Part shown: in pieces, positions 49,654 through 59,843 of the stretch | Layout: each line of letters starts with the position of its first letter | Numbering within the stretch: the stretch's first letter is position 1 | IMG/VR virus record: IMGVR_UViG_3300029922_000055 | Span: 3,681-67,680 of that record | DNA length: 64,000 nt | DNA from: a virus | Direction: 5' to 3' (one strand) | Made by a program: the position numbers and the translations under genes | Notes under the pieces: generated by a model | Seen by the model: the letters and a program-made list of their open reading frames with translations, nothing else | Databases searched by the model: none | Told to the model about the DNA's origin: nothing

Positions 49654-49707
49654 ATTAGAAAGGACTAAAATGGTTCTTAAAAATAAATATCTAAAAAGGA
49701 GCACATA

Positions 49708-51084
49708 ATGAAAAGTTTAATTTTGAGTCTTTTAATTCTGGTAGGTCTTTCAAAAGCTGCTGATATAAATCTTTCTGGAAAAATTGATTTATCTCAAGCC
49801 GGGCGCTCAGCAACAGTTTCTGTAGTAACATCGACAGGGCTTGTAGGAAGTGTTTCGCAAGATGGTACTTATACTATTACAGGAACAACATCACTTCGTT
49901 CTACAAGCATTCAGAAAGATTCTCCAAAGATTTCTTGGAAAACTTTCGGAAAAGAGTTGCAAATTACTGGAGTAGGAAATTCGGAAAATTATACAGTAGA
50001 TGCTTGGACTATTGATGGAAAGAGTGTCGGGGTTCGAGTTCCTTTCCAAAATGGTATTGCAAAGTTTCCCACATCTTCAGAGAAAGTTTTCGTAAGACTT
50101 AACCATTCTGGAAACTCTATGAATGTTGCTTCTAGGAGGTTAGTAGATTCAACTTTGGGAACTGTTTACTTTATTGTAAACGATCCTAGCAATGGGGTTG
50201 TAAATGATACCCTTGTAGAGATTCCTGTTACAAATTGGATTGGGGTTCTTGGTCCTAAGTATATTGTAGGAAGAAATGTAGATGTAACTGTTCCTAATGC
50301 TTTTGTAGGAGATACTGTTAAAGTTGGTTGGTTTAATGTTTATACAAATCCTAGCAACTATTATAGCACCGTCCTAGGAAGATCTTATTCAGGTTCTTAT
50401 AGCGGATTTGTTTATACTGCTTATGATTCGGCAAGTTTCGGAAATAATTCTTATCTTTATTCAGCAGTGTCTATCATCAAAAATGGAGATTCTGTAGTAG
50501 CTTTTTCGAAAGATCTTGACACAGTTACTGCAAAGGTAGGAAATTTTAAGTTTGATTCTAGCCGATTTGTTACTAAAATTCTTTCGGCACTTGATACTAC
50601 TTTGACCATCCCTTGGTATGCGTTTTCTTTGAATGGAACATCTGTTAGTCTTTATTCTAGCGTTGTAAAGCATTTGGATAGTGTCGTTACTTTCGACACC
50701 ATCACAACGAAAGAAGATACAACTGGAATGTTTTTCTCAATATATTGGCAAAAAGTAGAAACATTAAACCATGATACTAGTTTTGAGATTACCGACACAA
50801 TCATTTCAAAAAAATTATTCGGAGCATTCATTCATGAAAAGACACACAATCTTCCAGACACATTAAGCATATCGGTTAATGATTGCGGGGCTGAAGAGCT
50901 TGTGTACGGGGTCAATTCTTCTATTGATACTACAATTTTCCTACCAATAAACAATGGGACAAATGGATGCTTAGATCTACAGACGACGAATAGAACGGCA
51001 ATCATGGGATTAAAGACATATAACGCATACACATATATTCAAACAAGCATAGTATATGCTATAACCAAAAAATATTACAAATAG
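49708..51084 (+). CDS. Secreted beta-rich protein with Sec signal peptide
   Basis: MKSLILSLLILVGLSKA/AD signal. AAGGAG RBS. Has its own early promoter. Confidence 0.75.
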   Translation: MKSLILSLLILVGLSKAADINLSGKIDLSQAGRSATVSVVTSTGLVGSVSQDGTYTITGTTSLRSTSIQKDSPKISWKTFGKELQITGVGNSENYTVDAWTIDGKSVGVRVPFQNGIAKFPTSSEKVFVRLNHSGNSMNVASRRLVDSTLGTVYFIVNDPSNGVVNDTLVEIPVTNWIGVLGPKYIVGRNVDVTVPNAFVGDTVKVGWFNVYTNPSNYYSTVLGRSYSGSYSGFVYTAYDSASFGNNSYLYSAVSIIKNGDSVVAFSKDLDTVTAKVGNFKFDSSRFVTKILSALDTTLTIPWYAFSLNGTSVSLYSSVVKHLDSVVTFDTITTKEDTTGMFFSIYWQKVETLNHDTSFEITDTIISKKLFGAFIHEKTHNLPDTLSISVNDCGAEELVYGVNSSIDTTIFLPINNGTNGCLDLQTTNRTAIMGLKTYNAYTYIQTSIVYAITKKYYK

Positions 51085-51968
51085 CCTTTCTGAAGATTTT
51101 CGAAATATTTTCTAGAATAACTTTGCATATCGGTTTTCGAAAAATGAAGGCCGGTTGCATTTTTTTTATGTGCCAATTCTAATAATTTTTCATATTCTTT
51201 TTTAGAGTTTTTTAGAAAATCTTCATTTGATTTTGATTCATGCCAAATATGTTTAACGTTATGTTCCGGATTTATTGCTACAACATCTATTCCGAACAAC
51301 ATAGCAGATAACCCTACAAAATCATCCTCTCCACCCCATGTTCCATCAAAAGCCGGAGAAAATATTCTTTCTATATTATAAAGATTTTTGTTAATATTCT
51401 TTACTTCAGTTATTGCTAAAGAATTCATTCCTAAACAACAAGACCAAGTAATCATTCGCAATCTAGATAAATCCATATTTTTTACTATATTGTTTTTACC
51501 ATCGACAAATATTAAATCTTTTAACCAAGGATTTCCAACTCTACTATCCGACAAATAAACGGACGAATCTTTTTCAAATTGATTTAATCTGGAATTAATG
51601 GTTATCGTTTGTTTAGGAGTTTTTAATATATTTGAAACTTCTAAAAATAAATCATGTGTAGGTATACAATCTCCATCCAAAAATAATATGTTAGCATTTA
51701 TATTCTCTTTTTGAATTGCGTTTGTTCCAAGATCTCTGCAATAACCAGACATAAATCCTTTTCCAAAAGTGTTTTGTATTATTTTTGTGTTGTGATTTTC
51801 TGAAAATTTTTTTAATATATTTTCCGAATTATCTGAACATCTATCTAATACAAACACAAAACTATCTGGTATAAATGATTGACTAGAATACGCATCAAGA
51901 ATACTTTGTAAATTTTCTTCTTGATTATGTACCAAGGTTAATGTATAAAAATTATTAATAATTTGCAA
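51075..51968 (-). CDS. Glycosyltransferase family 2 (paralog of 27667..28824)
   Basis: VLDR, FMSGYCRDLG, DGDCIP, FDGTWGGEDDF. Start probably the TTG at 51968, overlapping the fibre stop (uncertain). Confidence 0.82.
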   Translation of the reverse strand: MQIINNFYTLTLVHNQEENLQSILDAYSSQSFIPDSFVFVLDRCSDNSENILKKFSENHNTKIIQNTFGKGFMSGYCRDLGTNAIQKENINANILFLDGDCIPTHDLFLEVSNILKTPKQTITINSRLNQFEKDSSVYLSDSRVGNPWLKDLIFVDGKNNIVKNMDLSRLRMITWSCCLGMNSLAITEVKNINKNLYNIERIFSPAFDGTWGGEDDFVGLSAMLFGIDVVAINPEHNVKHIWHESKSNEDFLKNSKKEYEKLLELAHKKNATGLHFSKTDMQSYSRKYFENLQKGYL

Positions 51969-54900
51969 TGAATGACCCCGTAAACCACCAATGAGTACCA
52001 TCATATACGAACCAATTGTATGGGCCATTTGAAAAAGAGGCTGGACTTGCGATTGCTACACTACTAGCGAAGTTGTTGTATATTGTGCTTATAATAGCAG
52101 AACCAGCATTAACAGTAACACCATACGCCGTCGCATTTACTACACAAAAAGCACACCCAACACTTGGAGATGATGGCAAATTAATAACGACACTATTTGT
52201 ATTGGCAAATACCCAATATGGAGATATGTTTCCAAGATTATATGGATTCGTGTTTGCCGTTTGTGATGCTTGTCTTCCTAGCATTGTCCCGGAAACGTTT
52301 AATCCACCAGATAAAGTAGCTGTTCCTGTAAATCCTAGAGTGTTAGACGTTCCATTATTATCTATATCAAGATATGCCGCGGCTGTTTGTAATCTTATCC
52401 CCCAATATCCGGCCAGTTGTGTGCGAGATCCTGAACCCATATTAAGATTAGAATAACCAAGACCATACCAAGGAGAATTATTTACTGTATCAGTGGCAGT
52501 AGAAAAAACTCTCCATTTTCCTAAACCAGTATTTGAAAGTATATCTCCAACAAAATTAGAAGAACCGGAGACGTTTAGGTTTCCATAATTTGTAGTGTTT
52601 CCAAAAGTATCTATAGTAAAAATATTTGAACCATTTTTAACAATACCAAAAGGCCAATGTGATGCGGCAGCGGAAATAGAAATTCCTAATTCAAAATTAT
52701 TACTACCAAAATTTCCGGTGGTTCCTATTCCTAAAGAATTTGTGGAAGTTGAATTGAATGGTAATGAAACGACATTTCCTAAAGTAGTTGTTCCGGAAAC
52801 ATTTAGATTCCCAGGAGTAACAATATTACCACCTGGGAAAAATTGGATATTCTTTGTCCAAGTAGATGTTCCAGCACAAGTAAGATTCCAAAAATCCCAA
52901 GTATTAGAAGTTCCTAATTGTGCTACCCAACCTTGATTTGTAGTATTTTGTGCGGCAACATAAGGACCACCGCCAATGACATTACTACTATTTCCTATAG
53001 AATTGACTCCGCCAGATATAGCCATATAAGTAGTAGACTGTAAAACTCCTGTTAAAGTTCCTCCAGATAAAGGAAGATAAAGATTCGAAAGATTTCCTAC
53101 ATCACTTGCGGAAATACTTCTAGAAACTACTGTAGAACCATTATTAAAAAGATATCCATTAAATGCTAAAGATAAAGGATGCCCGACTAAACCTAAAACA
53201 GTCGGAGTTTGTAAATTACCTGTTAAATCTCCTCCGGCAGATGTTGTTAAAATGTTTAGAGTAGTTGTTCCGGAAACATTTAGATTTTGTGAAACTGTAG
53301 TATTAGCATTTAAGGAAAGTGTTTGTAAAGATGCGTTACTATTTCCCTTACCGACGATTAAAGAACTAGCTAATTCGTCAGCGGAAGAAGACCTATTCAT
53401 TACATCTAATATTAACGTTTGTAAAGGATTTGCCTGATAATATCCAGCAGAATAACCCAAAAAGGTATTATATGCACCGTTAATATCTGTTGCCCCAGCA
53501 TTAGTTCCTATGTATACATTATTACCCTTGTTAGAATTCGATCCGGCATTTGTTCCTATATAAACGCTATTTTGAGCTGTTAGTATTGATGACCCGGCAT
53601 TATTACCAATCAACACATTATATTTGCCAGTGGAAATATTTTTCCCAGCACTAAGACCTAAATTTGTATTATAATTCACATTATCGTATGTTAAAAAATT
53701 ATTAACATTAAACGCCCCAGAAACGTTTAAATTTCCTGGACCAGATAACGTTCCTCCAGATAATGGAAGATACAATCCAGAAAAGCTAGGAAAATCCGAA
53801 GATGTGGCAATAGATACAACACCTGAAGTTCCTTTCAAAATGCCATTCAAAGTTCCTAGAGTAGTTGTTCCGGAAACATTTAATTTTTGAGAAACCGTAG
53901 TATTAGCATTTAAGGAAAGTGTTTGATTTGCCGGAGATAAATTTGCTTGGCCAACAATCATATATGCCGATGTTTGAGAATTTCTAAAAAGGTCCGAACC
54001 ACCAGCATCTATAATTATTTGATTATTAGAAGATGTTTGGTATGAGCCAGCAGTTCTTCCTATATAAACATTGCCGTGACCAATATTGTTTTGTCCTGTC
54101 TGATTTCCTATATAAACATTACTATCTCCAGACGCATTTAATTGACCAGCCGCCTGTCCTATAAATGTATTTGCGCCTCCTGCTGAAGTATTTGATTGGC
54201 CAGCTTGTGCTCCTATAATAACATTATTAACACCTAAACGGCTATTTAAAGAACCAACGACTAAATTATAAGAATCTGTATAAAAATTCGAAGCAATTAT
54301 TGTTCCCGCTACGATTTCATTTCCGGAAACACTTAAATTTCCTGGACCAGATAACGTTCCTCCAGATAATGGGAGATAATTTAGAGTTGGCATAGCAGAA
54401 AGATATGGAAGAGCCGGAAAATCCGAAGATGTGGCAATAGATACAACACCTGAAGTTCCTTTCAAAATGCCATTCAAAGTTCCTAGAGTAGTTGTTCCGG
54501 AAACATTTAGATTTTGAGAAACGGTAGTATTAGCATTTAAGGAAAGTGTTTGTAAAGATGGAAAAGTGTGACCTGTTCCGACGATTAAACTATTAGACAA
54601 TTCGGCACCGCCCGACCCACGGCCACCGCCAGTATCTATCAATAAAAGATTCGTCGCGGATAATTGATTATATCCAACAGAAAATCCCAGGAAGGTATTA
54701 TTCGATCCGGCATTTACTTGTCCATTAGAAGATCCTACATATACATTTCCACTACCTGATATATTATTCGATCCGGCATACGGACCAATAAAAACATTAA
54801 ACGTGGCAGCAGATGTTAAACTGTTACCCATTTGAGACCCTATTAATATATTGTTGTTTCCATTATTATTTGGGTTACTAATAGAAATGTTTTGGTTGGC

Positions 54901-56691
54901 ATCTGTATAAAAATTCGAAGCAATTATTGTTCCCGCTACGATTTCATTTCCGGAAACACTCAAATTTCCTGGACCAGATAACGTTCCTCCAGATAATGGG
55001 AGATATGCACCAGACATTAAATATTTCTTGTCAAACAGATTATCAGAACTTGTAATACCATATCCGGAAAGTGTTGTTGGTGTTCCTGAAATTTTAGTCC
55101 AAGATATAGAAGAGCTTGTAGGATAATATGGTAATACAGGAATATCACCAGAAGTCAAAGTAGTTCCAGAAATTACTCTTCCATAAGCATCCGAAGAAAT
55201 CTTTGTATAAACTCCACTAGTTCCAATGGGAGAAAGGTTTACGGAAATATTTCCTGAAGTTGTTACCGGAGTCAATCCTATTGTTAATGTTGTTGAACTT
55301 AAACCAACAGAAGAAACCGAACCATAATTTAATGATGGAATGGTAGACAAATATGGAAGAACTGGAATGTCGGCAGAAGTTAAAGTAGTCCCGGAAATAA
55401 CGCGCCCTTTCGAATCCGTTTGAACTTTAGTATATATACCAGAAGTTCCAACTGCCGAAAGTGTTGAAGAAAGTATTACAGACCCGGTTCCATTAAAAGA
55501 AATATTTGAAGCTACGATATCACCAACAATTCCGAAATTCTGAGGAGTAGTTAATTGATTTGCTGTAAGACTTTGTAAAGATGTTCCGGAAAGATTTCCA
55601 AAATGTGTTCCAGAAATATTAGTTGCCGATATGTTGGTTCCTGTTAATGGTCCAGTTAATGTTCCACCGCTTAAAGGAAGATAAAGACTTAGTCCAGATA
55701 AAGAGGGAATCGCGGAAAGTTGAGCATACTTACTATTAAATAAAGTATCACTAGATGTAATTCCATATCCAGATAAAGTGCTTGGTGTTCCAGAAATATT
55801 GTTCCAAGAAATTGAAGCACTCGCAGGATAATATGGAAGAATAGGTATATCAGAACTTGTTAAAAATCCACCCGACACAATTCTTCCATATTTGTCTACT
55901 TGTGTTTTTGTATATGTTCCTGAAGTTCCGAACAAAGAAAGGTTTACTAGAATATTTCCGGAAGTTGTTATGGGAGTATTAGAAATTGTTAATGTTGTTG
56001 AGGACAATCCAACGGAAGAAACCGAACCACCACTGCCTGCACCCGCTGAAGAAAATGGAATCCACGTTAAATTTCCTGAACCATTATTAGCCAAAACACC
56101 AATAGCATTCGTAGGAAATATTAAATTGTCGTTAAATTGAATAGAAACATTTTGTGCATAGTTGGAACCATTTACTTCGAGCACCCAAGAACCCGCCGGA
56201 ATAGAATTATTATACAAAGCAACACTTACGCTAGTATTTGCAGCAATAGTCCATAAAGTACTTCCACCATTTGCACTCACGACAACACTATTGACAGTAT
56301 TATTAAAAAAGTTATATGAAATTCCACTAGTCAAAGTTGTCGCATCCGGCAAAACTATTAAAGTGGTTGCTCCGTTTAATACAGTATTATAAGGAGATGC
56401 GGAAGTCATTGTTAAAGTGCTTCCAGCAAATGTTTGAATACCTGGAGAGAAAGAATTTGTAACAAGATTTCCGGAAATACTTATATTAGTTCCAGACAGA
56501 TTTCCAGTCAATGTTCCGCCAGATAAAGGTAAATATCCAGAAACTAAAAGATATCTATAAATACCAAATTCATCAACTGTATATAAAATGTTTTGGGTAT
56601 TTACAGCAAGGAGAATATTTGCTGGGTCGGCGTTATTAGCAATCGAATCTTTTTTTCTTAATTCTAACGCACCAGACTTAAATCCCGACAT
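51955..56691 (-). CDS. Long tail fibre protein (1578 aa) with repeated modules
   Basis: Repeats YLPLSGGTL(T/S)G, GTSG.YTK..D..GR and N..IG..AG beta-helix units. Confidence 0.8.
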   Translation of the reverse strand: MSGFKSGALELRKKDSIANNADPANILLAVNTQNILYTVDEFGIYRYLLVSGYLPLSGGTLTGNLSGTNISISGNLVTNSFSPGIQTFAGSTLTMTSASPYNTVLNGATTLIVLPDATTLTSGISYNFFNNTVNSVVVSANGGSTLWTIAANTSVSVALYNNSIPAGSWVLEVNGSNYAQNVSIQFNDNLIFPTNAIGVLANNGSGNLTWIPFSSAGAGSGGSVSSVGLSSTTLTISNTPITTSGNILVNLSLFGTSGTYTKTQVDKYGRIVSGGFLTSSDIPILPYYPASASISWNNISGTPSTLSGYGITSSDTLFNSKYAQLSAIPSLSGLSLYLPLSGGTLTGPLTGTNISATNISGTHFGNLSGTSLQSLTANQLTTPQNFGIVGDIVASNISFNGTGSVILSSTLSAVGTSGIYTKVQTDSKGRVISGTTLTSADIPVLPYLSTIPSLNYGSVSSVGLSSTTLTIGLTPVTTSGNISVNLSPIGTSGVYTKISSDAYGRVISGTTLTSGDIPVLPYYPTSSSISWTKISGTPTTLSGYGITSSDNLFDKKYLMSGAYLPLSGGTLSGPGNLSVSGNEIVAGTIIASNFYTDANQNISISNPNNNGNNNILIGSQMGNSLTSAATFNVFIGPYAGSNNISGSGNVYVGSSNGQVNAGSNNTFLGFSVGYNQLSATNLLLIDTGGGRGSGGAELSNSLIVGTGHTFPSLQTLSLNANTTVSQNLNVSGTTTLGTLNGILKGTSGVVSIATSSDFPALPYLSAMPTLNYLPLSGGTLSGPGNLSVSGNEIVAGTIIASNFYTDSYNLVVGSLNSRLGVNNVIIGAQAGQSNTSAGGANTFIGQAAGQLNASGDSNVYIGNQTGQNNIGHGNVYIGRTAGSYQTSSNNQIIIDAGGSDLFRNSQTSAYMIVGQANLSPANQTLSLNANTTVSQKLNVSGTTTLGTLNGILKGTSGVVSIATSSDFPSFSGLYLPLSGGTLSGPGNLNVSGAFNVNNFLTYDNVNYNTNLGLSAGKNISTGKYNVLIGNNAGSSILTAQNSVYIGTNAGSNSNKGNNVYIGTNAGATDINGAYNTFLGYSAGYYQANPLQTLILDVMNRSSSADELASSLIVGKGNSNASLQTLSLNANTTVSQNLNVSGTTTLNILTTSAGGDLTGNLQTPTVLGLVGHPLSLAFNGYLFNNGSTVVSRSISASDVGNLSNLYLPLSGGTLTGVLQSTTYMAISGGVNSIGNSSNVIGGGPYVAAQNTTNQGWVAQLGTSNTWDFWNLTCAGTSTWTKNIQFFPGGNIVTPGNLNVSGTTTLGNVVSLPFNSTSTNSLGIGTTGNFGSNNFELGISISAAASHWPFGIVKNGSNIFTIDTFGNTTNYGNLNVSGSSNFVGDILSNTGLGKWRVFSTATDTVNNSPWYGLGYSNLNMGSGSRTQLAGYWGIRLQTAAAYLDIDNNGTSNTLGFTGTATLSGGLNVSGTMLGRQASQTANTNPYNLGNISPYWVFANTNSVVINLPSSPSVGCAFCVVNATAYGVTVNAGSAIISTIYNNFASSVAIASPASFSNGPYNWFVYDGTHWWFTGSFIANY
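53789..55005. repeat. Near-identical DNA blocks repeated at 627-bp spacing inside the tail fibre gene
   Basis: 53789-53925 matches 54416-54552, and 54274-54378 matches 54901-55005. Partial third copies near 53257-53333 and 53717-53772. Confidence 0.9.
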
Positions 56692-56740
56692 TTGATAAAC
56701 TCCTGAATGGACGCTCGAAAGCCTTTATCAGAATTATTTA

Positions 56741-57526
56741 TCAAAGTTCGAAATAATTATTATCTACTTTTGTATAACCAGTTGCGGAAGTGTTTACAGG
56801 AAAACTCCAATTATAATTTGCAGGAGGAGTTGCGGATGTTGGTAAACCAGAAGTAGAATAAAACTCTCCAAGATTAGCACCGAAATTATAATTTGTATTA
56901 ATGATTTTAATTATAGATCCATAGGAAATTGGCCTATACATTTGACCATCTACTTTAAAAGAAATCTTTGCATTAAAATATCTAGACTGTTCTTCCGAAA
57001 GTTCTGTAGGTTGGTCTAATGTAACGCCCAACAATTCTACTCTTAAGTTTCTTTCTAAATTTAAGAAATCGAATTCTTGTATTCTCAAATAACTTGTAGG
57101 AGAAAAGAAAGGGCATATTTGTTCTAATACTTGAAAAAGATGGTCCATGCTTTCCGTAGCTATTTCTAATTGAAAAGAATAATCATACGGAACTGGTTGG
57201 ATATCTTCTACGAAAGAATCTCCAAAAGCTGACGTATAAAATTCCCGAGCATCGTTTACGGACCTTGCTCTATCTTGAGAAAACCCTAAAGAATCTATAG
57301 ATGCAAGAATCGATGGCAAAGAGGGATAATATTTTTTTCCTGATTGCTGTTGAAGATTAAACAAATAAGCTTTATCTGCTACACCATATTTCAAAGGAAC
57401 TGGAATAATTTGCGTCACTACATTACTAGTTCCTGAAGTATAATTATAAACAGAAATATTATTAAACATATCTAGAAAAGCTACTAAAATCTTTCTAGAT
57501 GTTCTTGGATAATAATAAGATTCCAT
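56741..57526 (-). CDS. gp15: Tail completion / sheath stabiliser gp15
   Basis: RKILVAFLDMFNNI...VPLKYG...PVPYDYSFQL.....QVLEQI.PFF.P. Confidence 0.9.
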   Translation of the reverse strand: MESYYYPRTSRKILVAFLDMFNNISVYNYTSGTSNVVTQIIPVPLKYGVADKAYLFNLQQQSGKKYYPSLPSILASIDSLGFSQDRARSVNDAREFYTSAFGDSFVEDIQPVPYDYSFQLEIATESMDHLFQVLEQICPFFSPTSYLRIQEFDFLNLERNLRVELLGVTLDQPTELSEEQSRYFNAKISFKVDGQMYRPISYGSIIKIINTNYNFGANLGEFYSTSGLPTSATPPANYNWSFPVNTSATGYTKVDNNYFEL

Positions 57527-57533
57527 CGTTTCC

Positions 57534-57959
57534 TTATTTTGTATTCACTACAGTTGTGCTTCTAGCTGTTTTAGTGACTTCTGGAATTGATGGAAGATTA
57601 CCATTCAATAGATTAGATGTGGTAGATACAGATTTTTCTATAGCGGTGGTTTGTGTATGATTCAAAGTAGCGCCTAAATAAAATATCAGAAAAGCTAAGA
57701 ATAAAATTGGCTGGCCATATTTTAATATATTATCAAATCCAAATTTTGTGGGTTTGTTATATTCTATATGATCTTCAATCTTTACTAAGCGAACTTCGTG
57801 ATTGTTTATAGTAGTATCAATCTTATCTAATTTTTCGTCTATTTTGTTGAACCTTTGTTCCATCCTATTAAATCTATCATTGTTGCTGTCATTTATAGAG
57901 CGAGTCTGATTATCCAAAAGTTGCTGAAAGTGTTTCAGAATATCTATGTCATCGCCCAT
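57534..57959 (-). CDS. Coiled-coil membrane protein (XhlA-like/holin-like)
   Basis: HEVRLVKIE coiled coil followed by one TM segment. TATAAATA at 57983-57990. Confidence 0.5.
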   Translation of the reverse strand: MGDDIDILKHFQQLLDNQTRSINDSNNDRFNRMEQRFNKIDEKLDKIDTTINNHEVRLVKIEDHIEYNKPTKFGFDNILKYGQPILFLAFLIFYLGATLNHTQTTAIEKSVSTTSNLLNGNLPSIPEVTKTARSTTVVNTK

Positions 57960-58013
57960 TTTTTATGTTCCCCTTTTAGAATTATTTATAAAAAATTAAA
58001 GACGAAATGTTAT

Positions 58014-58385
58014 CTATTCCTCTGGTTCAATTTTCTTTAATAACGAATAATAATTAGGAACTTGCTTCAAATGATCCTTAGCAATTATTTCGGCAATTAG
58101 TGGTTCATCGCTATGTTCAGATTCTTCTTTAATTCCAGATTTTAATTCTTCTTTATTTCCAGTAAACTTTTCGTAACGTCTATAAAGAAAATGGTTCAAT
58201 ATTTCAAAAACCATTTCGAAAATTTCTTCCGGAGTTTTGTCATTCTCTTTGGCAATTTGTTCTAGTTCTTTTATAGTTACTTTCTTATCAAAATTAAACC
58301 TTTTAATAAGTTTTGCTTTAAGAATGTCCGATTTTTCTTTAAGACTTTTTTGAGAACTTTCTTTAATGTATGTCGTTAGGTTCAT
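58014..58385 (-). CDS. DUF5661-like protein with capsid-targeting-like N-terminus
   Basis: GIKEESEH....AEIIAKDHL...PNYYS.L. Starts MNLTTYIKE. Confidence 0.6.
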   Translation of the reverse strand: MNLTTYIKESSQKSLKEKSDILKAKLIKRFNFDKKVTIKELEQIAKENDKTPEEIFEMVFEILNHFLYRRYEKFTGNKEELKSGIKEESEHSDEPLIAEIIAKDHLKQVPNYYSLLKKIEPEE

Positions 58386-59052
58386 TCGTAGTATCCTAAA
58401 ATAATATTGAGTATGTAAACTAATTCTGAATTTTCGTAAACGTAATCTAAAATATCATCTGATTTATGAATATTTTCTGACCCTGGAAGCCATTGAAGAT
58501 TACGAGGAAGATGAGCTAATCTAACATGCTCCGGATTATCTAAATCAAAAATAGAAATTGGAATAATATGATCTAAATGCATTCTTTTCCTGGACCTGGG
58601 CCTTGTCCAACTTTTTCGAAAATTGTTTCAAAATCTATTCCGTATTCTTTACAACTCTTTGTCTTACCATTTTTCGAAAAATATTTAAATGCTTGAGATA
58701 TTCTACATCTAAGTTTTCTAGTTAAATCATATTTATGATCTCTTGTCCGTCTATTTCTATCATATAGTTTTTTATTGTTTAATATATTTTCTTTATTTTC
58801 TATTCTCCAATTTAATATTTTTTCTTTATTTTCCGACGCATATTTTTTATAATATGGTTTGATTTTTTCTTTATTTTCAACAGAATAAATTCTATGTTTC
58901 GCGTCTATTTCTTCTTTATTATCTAAATAATATTCTTTGCCATTTTTATGACAACAATCTTTACAAACTTTTCGCATTCCATCCAAACAATCTTTTCTTT
59001 TGGTAAATTCTGATTCGTCTTTTAATTCATGACATTGATTACATTCACGCAT
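58382..59052 (-). pseudogene. HNH homing endonuclease split by a 1-nt deletion
   Basis: Paralog 61367.. reads GKDWHLDHIIP. Here GAA TGC ATT TAG lacks one G of TGG, leaving HLDHIIP in the -1 frame. Confidence 0.8.
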
Positions 59053-59073
59053 TATAAATACCTTTTTAAGTAT

Positions 59074-59829
59074 TTATGTATTCCACCACTCATTGAACGG
59101 ATCTTTTGGAGGACATTCCGAAATGGCTGGCTGATATGCTATTGTGTTATTTTCTTGGTTTATAAAATTACCGATGTTGAATAAGTCACTCTGATTTACA
59201 TATTGAAGTAAGTCTGTCATTGTTCCAGAAGTATCCGGAGAAACATTTAAGTGTTTGTCCCTAAAGACTCTCAAAATTATTTGCCAAGAATGTTTTCCTT
59301 GTAAGAAAATTTCAGTACTATCTTTTACACTAATAATTTCATACAGAACGGAATTATAACTTGTTTCAAGCAAATCTGCAACTTGAGGAATATAAGAAGG
59401 ATACGCAGATAAATTCCCAGTCGAATCACAAGTAGATGCAACGTTTAAGTGAGCTTTCGAAACATATGCTGTTATGATCTCACTCCAACCTATTCCAGCA
59501 TTCGAAAAAGTCTTAGTTTCTCTCGGCAAATCAAAATAAGCCATAATATTAAAACGTCTTTCTATTGTTCGGCTATTATCTTCTTTAAATAATTTATCAT
59601 AATTTAGATCATAGGAAATTTTTATATAAGAACAACAAACACCATGTTTATTATATGCTTCTGCTAACAACAAATCATACAGAAATCTTTCATTGTCATA
59701 ATTCGAATTAAAATGATTGAAATAAACTTGACTAGGAACTCTTGAAGTAGAGAACGCCGTCTGATTTGGGTATACAATAGCAGGACTTGTATTGAAAAGA
59801 AGTAATAAACTCATGCAGATATTTATCAC
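59074..59829 (-). CDS. gp14: Neck protein gp14
   Basis: E..LYD.L..EA....G....YI......DKLFKED...F...G...PQVADLL......LYEI. Confidence 0.8.
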   Translation of the reverse strand: MINICMSLLLLFNTSPAIVYPNQTAFSTSRVPSQVYFNHFNSNYDNERFLYDLLLAEAYNKHGVCCSYIKISYDLNYDKLFKEDNSRTIERRFNIMAYFDLPRETKTFSNAGIGWSEIITAYVSKAHLNVASTCDSTGNLSAYPSYIPQVADLLETSYNSVLYEIISVKDSTEIFLQGKHSWQIILRVFRDKHLNVSPDTSGTMTDLLQYVNQSDLFNIGNFINQENNTIAYQPAISECPPKDPFNEWWNT

Positions 59830-59843
59830 TTCATAAATAGTTC

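Noticed and set aside
51955-56691. Diversity-generating retroelement acting on the tail fibre
   Set aside because: No reverse transcriptase in the window. The repeats are in-frame coding modules without adenine-specific mismatches.
58560-58600. Programmed -1 frameshift restoring the split HNH
   Set aside because: No in-frame X-XXY-YYZ slippery heptamer. A single-base loss relative to the paralog explains the split.
59053-59060. Plus-strand TATAAATA as an antisense late promoter
   Set aside because: No downstream plus-strand gene, and the octamer is expected by chance in DNA this AT-rich.
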